Shown in pieces: positions 53,001 through 64,000 of a stretch of 64,000 nt of DNA. The DNA is taken from the NCBI RefSeq assembly GCF_006345805.1, contig NC_042997.1:174716001-174780000 (forward strand). The letters are read 5' to 3'. Source of the stretch: Octopus sinensis. Its lineage: Eukaryota. How positions within the stretch are numbered: position 1 is the first letter of the stretch; every line of letters begins with the position of its first letter. The notes beneath the pieces are model-generated. The model was not told the origin of the DNA. It saw only the letters and a list, made by a program, of their open reading frames with translations, and ran no database searches. The position numbers and the translations under genes are program-made.

Positions 53001-53430
53001 CATTCCAATCCCCCACTAAGAGTAAAGGACGAGACGTTCCCAAGAATACTTCTAGACGTCGAAAGAAATCCGCCCGACCTGTTAAGGGCGGTGCGTAGAC
53101 TGATACGAGTCGAAAAGCGCACCCATTGCTGCCGTCAACATCCAGAACGATCAGTCTACCCTCCGGGTCTACGAATATCGTCTTGACTTCGAGATCCAGG
53201 CTCTTGTGAAAAAGTACCGCGGTGCCACTACCGCCCATCCTCGGCAGACAGGGAGCGAAATAAATGTTAAACTGTCCGCCAAACATGGACTTTAGGGCCC
53301 GTGGCTCGTGGAGTCTGGTCTCACTTATGGCTATGATTCCCAAATCATGTGACTTGATGTCATTTAGGAGGTATCCTTGTTTCCAAGGAGACCCCAAGCC
53401 ACGCGCATTCACACAACCAATCTTGACCAT
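50046..53430 (-). pseudogene. Element I ORF2 (APE-RT-zf), a few frameshifts
   Basis: 460-aa EN-containing ORF 52048..53430, RT ORFs 51753 and 51068, C-terminal ORFs 50503 and 50046. Confidence 0.92.
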
Positions 53431-53480
53431 GATTCTATTGGGGTGTGTGCTTTAAAACACACAAATGAAAGTACAGAGAG

Positions 53481-55380
53481 TTACTTACTTGTGTCGAAAG
53501 TTTTGGCTTCCTCGTTCTTTGATGTGTCTTCGAGGAGGTTTCTATATAGTTTTTGGGACAGATATTTCTGGAAACCCCCTACAGCATTTGGAAGAGGGCT
53601 TTGAGTTTGTGGTGTTGTGTTTGTGTGATGTGTAGTATTTTGATGTGTTTGAGTGGTGTAGTGCGTGGATGATTGCTATTTTTAAAGTCATCTTCACAAA
53701 TGTTTGTGTATCCTGTGATGTACTCCATTAGTTTGGAGTCTTTTGTGTCTATCGCTGATAGCATTGTTTTGTGTGGTGTTGGTGCTTGTTTTGTTGTGTA
53801 TGGAGTTTTCAGGGTTCAGGTATCTCCCTGCTTTGGTTGCGATTTCTTGTTTGGTTTTTCTTGATCTTTTTCTTTTACCCCTGTGGCTATTTGCCATTCT
53901 GTCGAACTTTCATCGTTAGATGAAAAGTCTGACGAATCAGCAGGGGGCAAGGGTAAAGCGTCTGGGTGTGTTTGTGCGGTTGTAGATATTGTTGTGGTGC
54001 GCGGGGAGGGTGTTGCTGGGGGTTTTGTTGTGGTTATTGTCTCTCCTACATCCTTGGTGCTTGTCTTCTTCGTTGTTATTCTTGGTGTTGGAATTGGTTT
54101 ATTTGTTGTTGGTGGTGATGATTCTGTTCTTGGCGCTGTGTGTTGGTGTTGTTTGGTTGGGTTGGCTTGTTCTTTGTTGTTTTTCCTGCATTTCCGCATA
54201 CAGCTTCTTGACTAGCTGTCCATATTGTGGTGTGGGCAAAATCCTGGCTTTTGTGATTTTTCCTGTGGCTGTTGTTGTTGTTGTAATTTTGCGGCAGATT
54301 TGCACTCCTTTTTGAGGTGTGCCTCACTGCCACATGTATAGCATCGTGGCCTTCTGCCCTCGACTACTACGTATAACTTGCGGCCATCCTCAAGATGTAC
54401 GTGGGTGGGGATTTTATTTATGTCCTCTTGACTTATGTGGAAGAGGAACTCTATTCTCTTTCCCAGCCAGTCCTTGTTTTCCGAAACACCGATATCTAGG
54501 ATGTTTATGTCCTCCATTTCGGATGTTAAGGCGGATGTAATCCACAGTGTTGTAGTCACTTGGGGGACACCACTGATAATGACTTTCGTCACCTTCTGGC
54601 CGAGGTAACTCGGTGTCAACGTTAGTTCATCAGAATGAAGGGTTATCGTTGAGAGAATTTCTTCGCCAACTCTTCATTCTGAAAAACCACCTGTACGTGT
54701 GCGAACTTGTTCGCCCAAGTCACACAATCCTTGTATCCCCAGATGGGGCGTAAGCACTTTTCGACTTTGTCTGTGCTTGCCTTTTCTGGACTTTTTGTTT
54801 TTTATTTGTGATTTTATATACAATTGTCTTTTTTTTCTCCTCATTCAGTATGTGCTGAGGTATGTGTAAGAGTATTTTTCCGTTTTGATTTGTAATAAGG
54901 TTTCTGCAATCTTTAATCTGTTGTGTAGTAAACGAAACTTTTGTTACCTTTTCTTTATCGCCTCGGCGAAGTTTGTTGTTGTTTTGTTATTGTTGTTACT
55001 GCCGGTGGTGTTGGTGTTGATGGCAGGGGTGTGGGTTGTAGGTTTGTGGTTGCTGATTATGCAACTAGCAAGGGGTGGAAAATTGCCTGCGTAATTTAGT
55101 CCTGCATTAGCGCAAATTTCGGCATTTCGTTTGCTTGTCGTCGTTATTTTTTCACTTGTTGGTGATGGAGGTGAGCAGTGGTTGAAGGGAATTGTTGTTG
55201 TCGTCGTCGTCGTGGTTGTTGTTGTTGTTGTTGTGTTGTTATTGTCGTTCTTGGTGACGGCGGTGGTGTTAGTAGTATTAGTAGCATTGACGGCACGGTC
55301 TTTGGTGGCGGTGATGTGGTATTGTTATTGGTGGCGACGTCTTTAGTAGGGATAGCAGTTTTAGTAGCAGATTCTGCCAT
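53481..55380 (-). pseudogene. Element I ORF1, frameshifted
   Basis: RRPRCYTCGSEAHLKKEC knuckle; SSDFSSNDESSTEWQIATG acidic linker; LMEYITGYTNICEDDFKNSNHPRTTPLKHIKILHIT block. Confidence 0.82.
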
Positions 55381-55815
55381 GGTGTTGTTGTCGGTGTTGT
55401 TGGTGGTGGTGGTGGACTCACTGATGGTGTTGACGGTGCTTGGCCTTGCGACCTTTGTTTTGTATTTGTTGCTGTTGTCGATGTTGATGGTGGCGGAGTT
55501 GTCAGGTCAGTACGTAAGGTAACAGAGCATCCTGTTTTTCTGCCTCTGCGTCACGCTGACTTGCACCTCAGCCTCGTGGTGACCAGTGGCCATTTTGGAA
55601 ATAAAATGGCTAAATGAAACCACGAAGGCTATGAGAATTTTTTCTTTTAAATTTTGCCCACAAGGGGCAAAATTTTGTGTAGATATTAATCAAGGTTTGC
55701 AGTGGATGTTGTTGCACAACTTTTAAACACAAAATATTTCACAATAAACAATTTTCAACGTACAAAATGACCAACTTACGTGGAGCCCATTTGACTAGCG
55801 TCCGTCCATGTCGAG

Positions 55816-55890
<75 letters not shown>

Positions 55891-55900
55891 CAGACAGATA

Positions 55901-56125
55901 TGTTTCTTTATAGCCACACAGGCTGCCACAGACAGAACAAATTACAAGGTAGAGACTTTCTTTGGGGGTAAAAAAAGGGGGTTGGTTTTCGATCAAAAGG
56001 GATCGTAAAAGGAAAGAAAGAGGACAAAAAAGAGGATAGGATTTAAAAAAAAGGGGGGGGAGAGGAAAAAAAAAAAGAAAAGGGGGGAGAGGAAAAAAAA
56101 GTTGATCAATAGGGATCGTAATCAC
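55901..56125 (-). mobile_element. Tx1-like element J, 3' UTR fragment (type 1)
   Basis: tgtttctttatagccacacaggctgccacagacagaacaaattacaagg...; GATA tracts on both sides. Confidence 0.8.
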
Positions 56126-56150
56126 AGATAGCTGATAGATAGATAGATAG

Positions 56151-56182
<32 letters not shown>

Positions 56183-56202
<20 letters not shown>

Positions 56203-56385
56203 TGTTCTTTATTAGCCACACAGGGCTGCACACAGATAGAACAAATTACAAGGTAGAGCTTTTCTTTTGAAGGTTTAAAAAATAAAAAAAAAAAATAAAA
56301 AATAAAATAAAAATAAAATAAAAAAAGGTGGGGGTCGATCAAAAGGGATCGTAAAAGGAGAGAAAGAGGACAAAAAAAAGGGGGG
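56183..56385 (-). mobile_element. Tx1-like element K, 3' UTR fragment (type 1)
   Basis: Followed by a 16-nt spacer, then terminal (GATA)n at 56403-56506, then non-element sequence. Confidence 0.8.
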
Positions 56386-56402
56386 AAAATACAAGCCTCC
56401 CC

Positions 56403-56507
<105 letters not shown>

Positions 56508-57996
56508 AAACTGCTCCACGCAACAGAGCAAGAGAGTACACCAAAATATGTTGCGTTTGTTTATTTAAAAGTATGTCCAGTCTGATAAAATTGTTTTCTC
56601 TGATAAAGAAATCATTCATAGTTATTAAAAGTTTCTACCTTCGAACGCTATATTAACGTAGTTAGTATCTGTCTATCTTTACACAGTTTTTCGAGAGTAT
56701 TGACTCTCTCCTCCATCGGCAGATATAATGGTAAATATAGCGACTTTGCTACTAAATTCCAAAGATATTTCAGAGATGCCTTCAACAAGCTTCAAGCATT
56801 TGAAAGAAACCTTTTGCACGTAAAACACCTAAAACAAAAAGAAAAAAGAAGAAAAAAAGGAAAGAAACAAATAAGAAAGTAACTTGATAGGATATCAAGC
56901 GAATGACATTTTGTTTATAACTGAAGGCAGACTTTAATACTTGATGAAGGCCAAGTGTTTATCATTCTGAACTGATATAAGAAATTCAATACTTCGCTGC
57001 CACAGGATAAGTAAAATAATTTCGGCCGCCGTAAAAGTCAGATGATGGTACTGAGAAAGCAAAATGGCACATAAATTATGGCAGAATGATTGAGGTAAAA
57101 ATAAAGAATGAGCGTGTGATGGTGTGTGTGTGTGTGTGTGTGATTAGATAAGCGATTGTATAGCATATATGAGATGCGTTGTCTAAAAATATACGTTTAC
57201 ACCTGTAAACACCGAGTACACGACACATACAGACGCACACACAATCACACCCATATACACATATGTTGATAATAAATGTACGTTCGTATGTATGTATGTA
57301 TGTATGTATGTATCTATATTTGTATGTATGTAGATCTTGTTATGTATGTATGTATGTATTTATGAATGTATGCATGTATGTATGTAGATCTGTTTATGTG
57401 ATGTATTTATGTGCGTATATCCTGTGTTTGTGGATGCATGTATGAATATTTATAGAGTACAGCTTTACTTATTATTCAGCCTTGCAAGAAAACCTGTACG
57501 TGACAACTCAATCTGCTAAAAATAGCAACCAAACTTTCTTCACGTCATACCTTATAGTATTAAATGGAAAGAACTCATTACATATTGCCGTCTTAGATAC
57601 TCCTAAATAATGATGGCCACAACTGGAACGCTTTTCATTATAGTTTTGTTCGTTCAGGTTTTTTCCGAGACTAAACATCAACCATTACTAGCAACTCGTG
57701 AAACTCTAAATATGCATTATTGAAAATGCGATTATATTCGAATTTTAATAGGATACTTATAGATTTCCTTTATATTTTGCTTGGAACGATAAAATTTTTA
57801 AATACAAAATTTTAAAATTCAAGACCGTCCTGCTCTTATCTTCCCGATGAATTCTTTTGAAGTTAACTTTGGCGTTGCGATCGATAAAAGAAAATACTAA
57901 TCAAGTACTGGAATTGATTTCATCAACTAACACCCTCTCACAAACTTTCTAGCCTCATACTTATATTTAAAATATTTATTACCTTTTCATAATGCA

Positions 57997-58342
57997 TAGT
58001 GCCAAGGACTCCAAATTTGCCATCAAGATGTAGGACAAGATACTGTGATAGCCTGGGCTTCCGAGGCCCACAGCTCTTCAATATCCTCCCGAAGAACCTA
58101 AGAGACCTGCATGGGGTTGATGCAGGTGTCTTTAAAATAAAACTGGATCTCTTCTTGTCAGGTGTCTCAGATGAACCAACTTCACGGCAGGAGGTGCAGA
58201 TGAGGGCAGCTGCATCGAACTCTCTCATGCACCAAATGGCAATTGCTAAAAAGCATTCGTGAAGTAAAATCATGTAGCAACAGCGAATGGCGGTGCCCCA
58301 GCATGGCCACAGCTTGTGAGCTGAAACTAGATAAAAAAAAAA
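57997..58342 (+). mobile_element. CR1/L2-group LINE 3' end fragment
   Basis: RGPQLFNILPKNLRDLHGVDAGVFKIKLDLFLSGVSDEP, then 3' UTR ggcggtgccccagcatggccacagcttgtgagctgaaactag and poly(A); homologous to the end of the 5700-7400 fragment. Confidence 0.8.
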
Positions 58343-58794
58343 ATAAGGTAAGAATAATGGGAATATATTTTTGTCCTTTTTTAATTTATCTCTGGATGTT
58401 AGTACTGTAACCGCTGATGTGTTTCTTTCGGGATTCAGTTCTGTTGTTGTTTTTTATGTTTCTTACTAAATTGTATTATTTGTGTGTTGAGTTAAGCCTT
58501 ATATGATGTTGTTAACCATATAACTTCTATGAACAATGCTCTTGTTTTGTGAAGCATTCTGTGTAAGTTTAGTTGCACTGCAGTTAACACATTCACAGCA
58601 TAAGGGAGTATTAAAAATCTATTCAGAATTAATTATGCAGTAAGCGAAGAGAACACTATTACCCAATGACAAATCTTACATAAGATATTTAAACAAATAC
58701 CGGAAGCAACTCTGAAGCAGCTCTGAACCTACATTAGTTTTTTTATGATCTCGTCAGCAATGCATCATAACCTGTACAGAAGTTTTTAAATAAT

Positions 58795-58989
58795 GGCGTA
58801 GGAGTGGCTGTGTGGTAAGTAGCTTGTTTACCAATCACATGGTTCCGGGTTCAGTCCCACTGCGTGGCACCTTGGGCAAGTGTCTTCTACTTTAGCCTCG
58901 GGCAGACCAAAGCCTTGTGAGTGGATTTGGTAGACGGAAACTGAAAGAAGCACGTCGTATATATGGATGTATATATATATACATACATA

Positions 58990-59022
<33 letters not shown>

Positions 59023-59270
59023 GTATATATATATACATATGAAAGTATGTATGTGTGTGTATATGTTTGTGTGTTTGTGTTTGTCCCCCAACATCGCTTG
59101 GCAACCGATGCTGGTATGTTTACGTCCCCGTAACTTAGCGGTGCGGCGAAAGAGATCGATAGAATAAGCACTAGGCTTGCAAAGAAAGGGTCGATTTGCT
59201 CGACTAAAGGCGGTGCTCCAGCATGGTCGCAGTCAAATGACTGAAACAAGTAAAAGAGAGTAAAAAGCGA
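58795..59270 (+). mobile_element. CORE-like SINE, full length
   Basis: Head ggcgtaggagtggctgtgtggtaag...gggttcagtcccactgcg; tail ggcggtgctccagcatggtcgcagtcaaatgactgaaacaagtaaaaga. Confidence 0.9.
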
Positions 59271-61333
59271 GTAGTGAACTAAATACATAGGATGGTACAT
59301 TACATCGCGAAAGAATAGAATTGTTCATTGTGTAAAAGTAATACAGAAACTGTTACATTATTATTAATTTGGTACTGTGACATCTTACTTTAGATCGTTT
59401 CACAGCCTTTTTACTTCCATACTCTGTAAAAATCATTGTCATTATCATTATTATTACCCACTATTCTCTTTCAAAAAGTTAAGTTTGATGACTTAAGTAC
59501 AAAACTGTCTTAAAAATGTTTGTTCATCAGACACCACTAAAAGGGATTAAGAAATTTTATCATAAACAGCATTGAGTTGAAACGAAATTACCCTATGAGT
59601 TCCTATAAAGAGGTCCTTTCGTCCAATAATCCTTCCTTATTAGCTACAGATGCCGGTATTTCGAATATGAGGTACATGTATAATAAGATTACGTTTATAG
59701 AATTACGAACAAAAATTAACCAAAAATGTGTATGCTTAAAATCACTTCTCAACGAACCCTCAGCGACCTCTTGTGACATTTTGCGGAATGTTCCGGGGAG
59801 CACCGGTTGCGAAACCTGCTCTAGATTGATGGCGAGCCGACAATATAGTGTGTTGATAGCATATAATGGAATTAACAGAATATAACAGACGGTGGTTATC
59901 AATTAAATATTCAAGTATTTTAGTAGATAAAATTATATAAAAGAGAAATGAATTCAAAACAATAAATTTAGCAGACACGACAACCTACACAATAAAATAT
60001 CACACATAAAGTATATCGTACAAACCAATTGCAACATTTTATAAAACTACTTTATTAACTACAACACACCATGAAATATATCTAAGCTCAAAATAGCACT
60101 AACAGTACGTTACCAGAACACGGAATTTAAACATTATCACCAGCAAGAACAAAATTCATGAACTTCTTCTTAGCTGTTGAATGAACTTTAAATGACTAAT
60201 GCAATTTACAAATTTAGATGTAAACATGAAAGTAGTAAACTTCCAGACTTTATTATTTACTTGAACATAAAAGTAGTCTGCTTTTTCTTTGATATGTAGA
60301 ACAGTACAACTACATCTAGCAATCTGCTAACCTCTATATTGTCTAACGTTTTGCTCCTCTATTGGCTGAACATCAAACAGAAAAACTATGACCGACAAGT
60401 TAGATATTAAAGACCAAGATTACATACAACTGTCTGTATATCTGTTGGCCACCTCCGTAAAATTAGCGCTATGCACTGGGGAAGCTAAATCAGATATCCG
60501 GTTTCTGTTCACGGTTCTAGCTGTTTCTCTTCACTTCAGTGCTTGTCTTTGGGTAATGCACTCACACTTTACCCATTTAGGCCACACTTAATGTCAATAG
60601 ACATAATCATTCAGTGATAGGCAAATAACGTAAATTACAAATTATTGTCGAAAATACAGACGTTTGATGTTTTAAGTTTAGTCCATAAACTTTTTGTTAT
60701 ATCAGGTGTGAAAGTTGGTTCACTGAAAGGAGACTGACAGCAGTGCTCTGCTCTGTAGCGTTTAGCTTATATATTATAGCACAATGTCGTTACAATACCG
60801 TAGCCGATTGAATTAGTCTCGGTACATAGCTGCTACGTATTTTATCGATAATGCGATGAGAACAAAAATCAAAGTCGACTTTGGTGGAGTTCTGGCACAA
60901 AAAACAAAGAGAGGTATTAATATTGCTTCTAATTTAAACACAAGGCCAGTAATTTCGTAAGTAAGGAGGGCTAGTTAATTCATCTATTCCTGTATTTGAC
61001 TCGTACTTTATTATATCGAATCCAGAAGGATGAAAGGCAAGATTAATCTCTGTGGCGAGTAATAATATATTACAGCTCGGCACACCATTCTTTCTTTCCA
61101 TTGCTTTTCGTGTCCGTTAGATTAATAAATATATACTAATAGAAGGCCACAAATTTGTAGAAAAGGTATATAGTTCATTTAATTCGTTTCCATACGTCTT
61201 GCACTTATTTCATTGACCCAAAGTAAAAAGCAAACTTGATCTCGGTGAGTTCTGAACTCATTTGCCAACTAGAATAATCATTACACTGTTTGAACTGTAG
61301 TAAATGATTTTGTATAAGTATGTGTTTATATGT

Positions 61334-61625
61334 GGAGGCGCAATGGCCCAGTGGTTAGGGCAGCGGACTCGCGGTCAGAGGATCGCGGTTTCGATTCCCA
61401 GACCGGGCGTTGTGTATGTTTATTGAGCGAAAACACCTAAAGCTCCACAAGGCTCCGGCAGGGGGGGGGGCGACCCCTGTTGTACTCTTTCGCCCCAACT
61501 TTCTCTCGCTGTTTCTTGAGTAACGCTGCGATGGACTGGCGTCCCGTCCAGCTGGGGGGAACACATACGCCATAGAAACCGGGAAACCGAGCCCATGGCT
61601 TGGCTTGAAAAGGGCACATAAATAA
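61334..61625 (+). mobile_element. tRNA-derived SINE (third family)
   Basis: ggaggcgcaatggcccagtggttagggcagcggactcgcggtcagaggatcgcggtttcgattccc tRNA-like head; central gcgatggactggcgtcccgtccag motif. Confidence 0.75.
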
Positions 61626-61816
61626 GATTAATGTGTTTATATATGATCAAATGTGTACTCTTAGTGATGGAATGTAAGGTAGCAACAAAATATGCGGATT
61701 TTAATCTTTAATGAGATCTTTTTTATCACTTGGTTTCGATAACAGGTACCTCAGCTGATCGAGTGATTGAAATACCTACTTATATTAATGTGTAAGTGGC
61801 TTAGTATTTCACAAAT

Positions 61817-62418
61817 ATGTTTATTTCTTATTTCTTTACAGCCCACAAACAGAGGGGACAAACAAGTAAAGACAAACGGATTAAGTCGATTATATCGACC
61901 CCGGTGCGTAACTGGTATTTATTTAATCGACCCCGCAAAGATGAAAGGCAAAATCTACCTCGGCGGAACTTGAAATCAGAACGTAGCAGCAGACGAAATA
62001 CCTATTTCTTTACTACCCACAAGGGGCTGCACACAGAGAGAACAAACAAGGACAGACAAACGGATTAAGTCGATTAGATCGACCCCAGTACGTAACTGGT
62101 ACTTATTTAATAGACCCCGAAAGGATGAAAGGCAGAATCGACCTCGGCGGAATTTGAACTCAGAACGTAACGACAGACGAAATACCTATTTCTTTACTAC
62201 CCATAAGGGGCTGCACACAGAGAGGACAAACAAGGACAGACAAACGGATTAAGTCGATTATATCGACCTCAGTGCGTAACTGGTACTTATTTAATCGACC
62301 CCGAAAGGATGAAAGGCAAAGTCGACCTCGGCGGAATTTGAACTCAAAACGTAGCGGCAGACGAAATACCGCTAAGCATTTCGCCCGGCGTGCTAACGAT
62401 TCTACCACCTCGCCGCCT
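61817..62418 (-). mobile_element. Head-to-tail trimer of the Tx1-tail SINE
   Basis: One full unit (62187-62418) plus two units (62003-62186, 61817-62002) truncated at the same gacgaaatac point. Confidence 0.9.
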
Positions 62419-62720
62419 TATATGTTTACTTCTAACGGAATCCTTAGGTAGAATCAGCACATGCGTAGTCTGTAACGAAGCTGGTCCTATGATTTACAGT
62501 TACAGTTCATGCAAAGGGTTTCCACACAGTTTCCCGTCTACTCATTTTAATTCACACATTTTCTATCGATCTGATGCTATAATACATGAAGCTTGCCCTA
62601 TATGTTACACAGTAACATCGAACCCGAGACTCCATGGCTGCGAATCGAAATTCCTTCCTTAACCACTAGACCCAACTTACGACCAACACAATCAAACATA
62701 CTTTTGCACTACATATACAA

Positions 62721-62768
<48 letters not shown>

Positions 62769-62793
62769 ACGTATATAATGTATATATATATAT

Positions 62794-62945
62794 AGTTAAT
62801 CCAAACAAGAAAGCACAAAAAACACAACAACTCGAAGACGTGGAACAAATATAGTAGAAAGAAAGAAGGAGGGTTTAACGTTTCGAGCGGAGCTCTTCGT
62901 CGGAAACATAGGAGAAGGGAAGACAGAGGAAAAAATTGCCAAGGA
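62794..62945 (-). mobile_element. Penelope-like terminal-repeat fragment, second copy
   Basis: Matches 16046-16258; abuts (TA)n. Confidence 0.6.
62873..62907 (-). ncRNA. Minimal hammerhead-like motif, second identical copy
   Basis: Identical 35 nt to 16146-16180. Confidence 0.55.
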
Positions 62946-63020
62946 TAAGATCGTTAATTAAAAATTAAAATAACGATTTTATCAAGTGGTCAGCATAGAA
63001 AAAATAACCTTCAAAGGTTA

Positions 63021-63410
63021 TGTGTGTGTGTGTGAGTGTGCTCACAGAGGTATGTGGTGGAAGAGCGTTAAAACTAAAGGTTGAAAGTAACTTCGAAGTT
63101 TTGGTTTATCCTTCGACAACCTGGCGAAGGCAACTAAACCAAAACTTCTAAGTTATTGTCATTCATTTCCTTGTAAAAATAATATATATATATATATAAA
63201 ATTATAAATTAGGGTATCTACGAGATACACCAGCATGTTGGTATCTCGTAGATACCCTAATTTATATTTTTATATATTATATATTATATATAATATATCT
63301 ATATATATATATAATATAAATTATAAATTAGGGTATCTACGAGATACCACCAGCATGTTGGTATCTCGTAGATACCCTAATTATAATTTTATATATATAT
63401 ATATATATTA

Positions 63411-63453
<43 letters not shown>

Positions 63454-63589
63454 TTTACAAGGAAATGAATGACAATAACTTAGAAGTTTTGGTTAGTTGC
63501 CTTCGCCAGGTTGTCGAAGGATAAACTAAAACTTCGAAGTTACTTTCAACCTTTAGTTTTAACGCTCTTCCACCACATACCTCTGTGAG

Positions 63590-63610
<21 letters not shown>
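63021..63610. repeat. Foldback structure: ~150-bp inverted arms enclosing two tandem ~65-bp hairpins
   Basis: gtgctcacagagg...ccttgtaaaa / ttttacaagg...cctctgtgagcac; internal aattagggtatctacgagatac-loop-gtatctcgtagataccctaatt at ~63203-63266 and ~63321-63388. Confidence 0.9.
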
Positions 63611-63623
<13 letters not shown>

Positions 63624-64000
63624 CGCTCAGAGTAATTAGGATGTTCTCAGTAGTACTACTTCTGCTACGAACGGGAACATTCTATACATTTCTAAAAGAG
63701 AAAATTTATTCTGGGGATCGAATGGATCACTACAACACAGCGACAAGTGGTTTCATTCCTGGGTGGAAGGACTTAGCAAATCTATTTTATTCCAGTTATA
63801 CTAACACCAAGGTTGGATTGTGGGATCTTTTCGGTTTGACCGGCAGTTTTTTAAAAATAATTTCCACGTAACTAAACACTTTTAAACTTCGTATACTGGT
63901 AGAATGTGTTTATAAAACATCTTTTTCTCTTGGCTTTATTGAGAAAATTCTATAGTTTGTAAGATATTTGTTGTATTTTTTTCTTCAACTTCTGCAATTT

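Larger units (their letters stand above)
49652..55812 (-). mobile_element. Tx1-like element I, full length (~6.16 kb, type 1)
   Basis: ORF1 starts MAESATKTAIPTK; ORF2 starts MVKIGCVNARGL; small internal deletion near 50575; (GATA)n at 55815-55900. Confidence 0.92.

Noticed and set aside
59577-60591. Short ORFs and CpG-containing patches as possible exons
   Set aside because: No recognisable homology and no consistent splice-site and frame combination.
61334-61410. tRNA gene
   Set aside because: The tRNA-like sequence is the head of a SINE that continues into a SINE body and has a homolog at 25405-25626; the cloverleaf is imperfect.

Overview
AT-rich, microsatellite-dense eukaryotic DNA, probably an Octopus-like cephalopod genome (inferred from the SINE families and repeat landscape). 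No host gene can be identified with confidence; most six-frame ORFs are microsatellite read-throughs or antisense frames. The dominant structure is a ~30-kb head-to-tail stack (26474-56506, all minus strand) of at least 11 L1/Tx1-clade non-LTR retrotransposons. Three are full length (ORF1 with CCHC knuckle; ORF2 with APE endonuclease, RT and C-terminal zinc finger). They have three 3'-end types, and essentially every junction is a (GATA)n tract, which suggests a family that targets (TCTA)n/(GATA)n. A tRNA-derived SINE scattered through the flanks shares its 3' tail with these elements. A second SINE shares a covarying 3' stem-loop with a CR1/L2-group LINE. The flanks also hold a full-length decayed mariner, a mariner 3' fragment, a non-autonomous Helitron, two Penelope-like fragments with minimal hammerhead-ribozyme-like motifs, and two large palindromes. 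Coordinates were read by eye; most boundaries are approximate to a few bases, and some ORF1 and LINE ends are looser.
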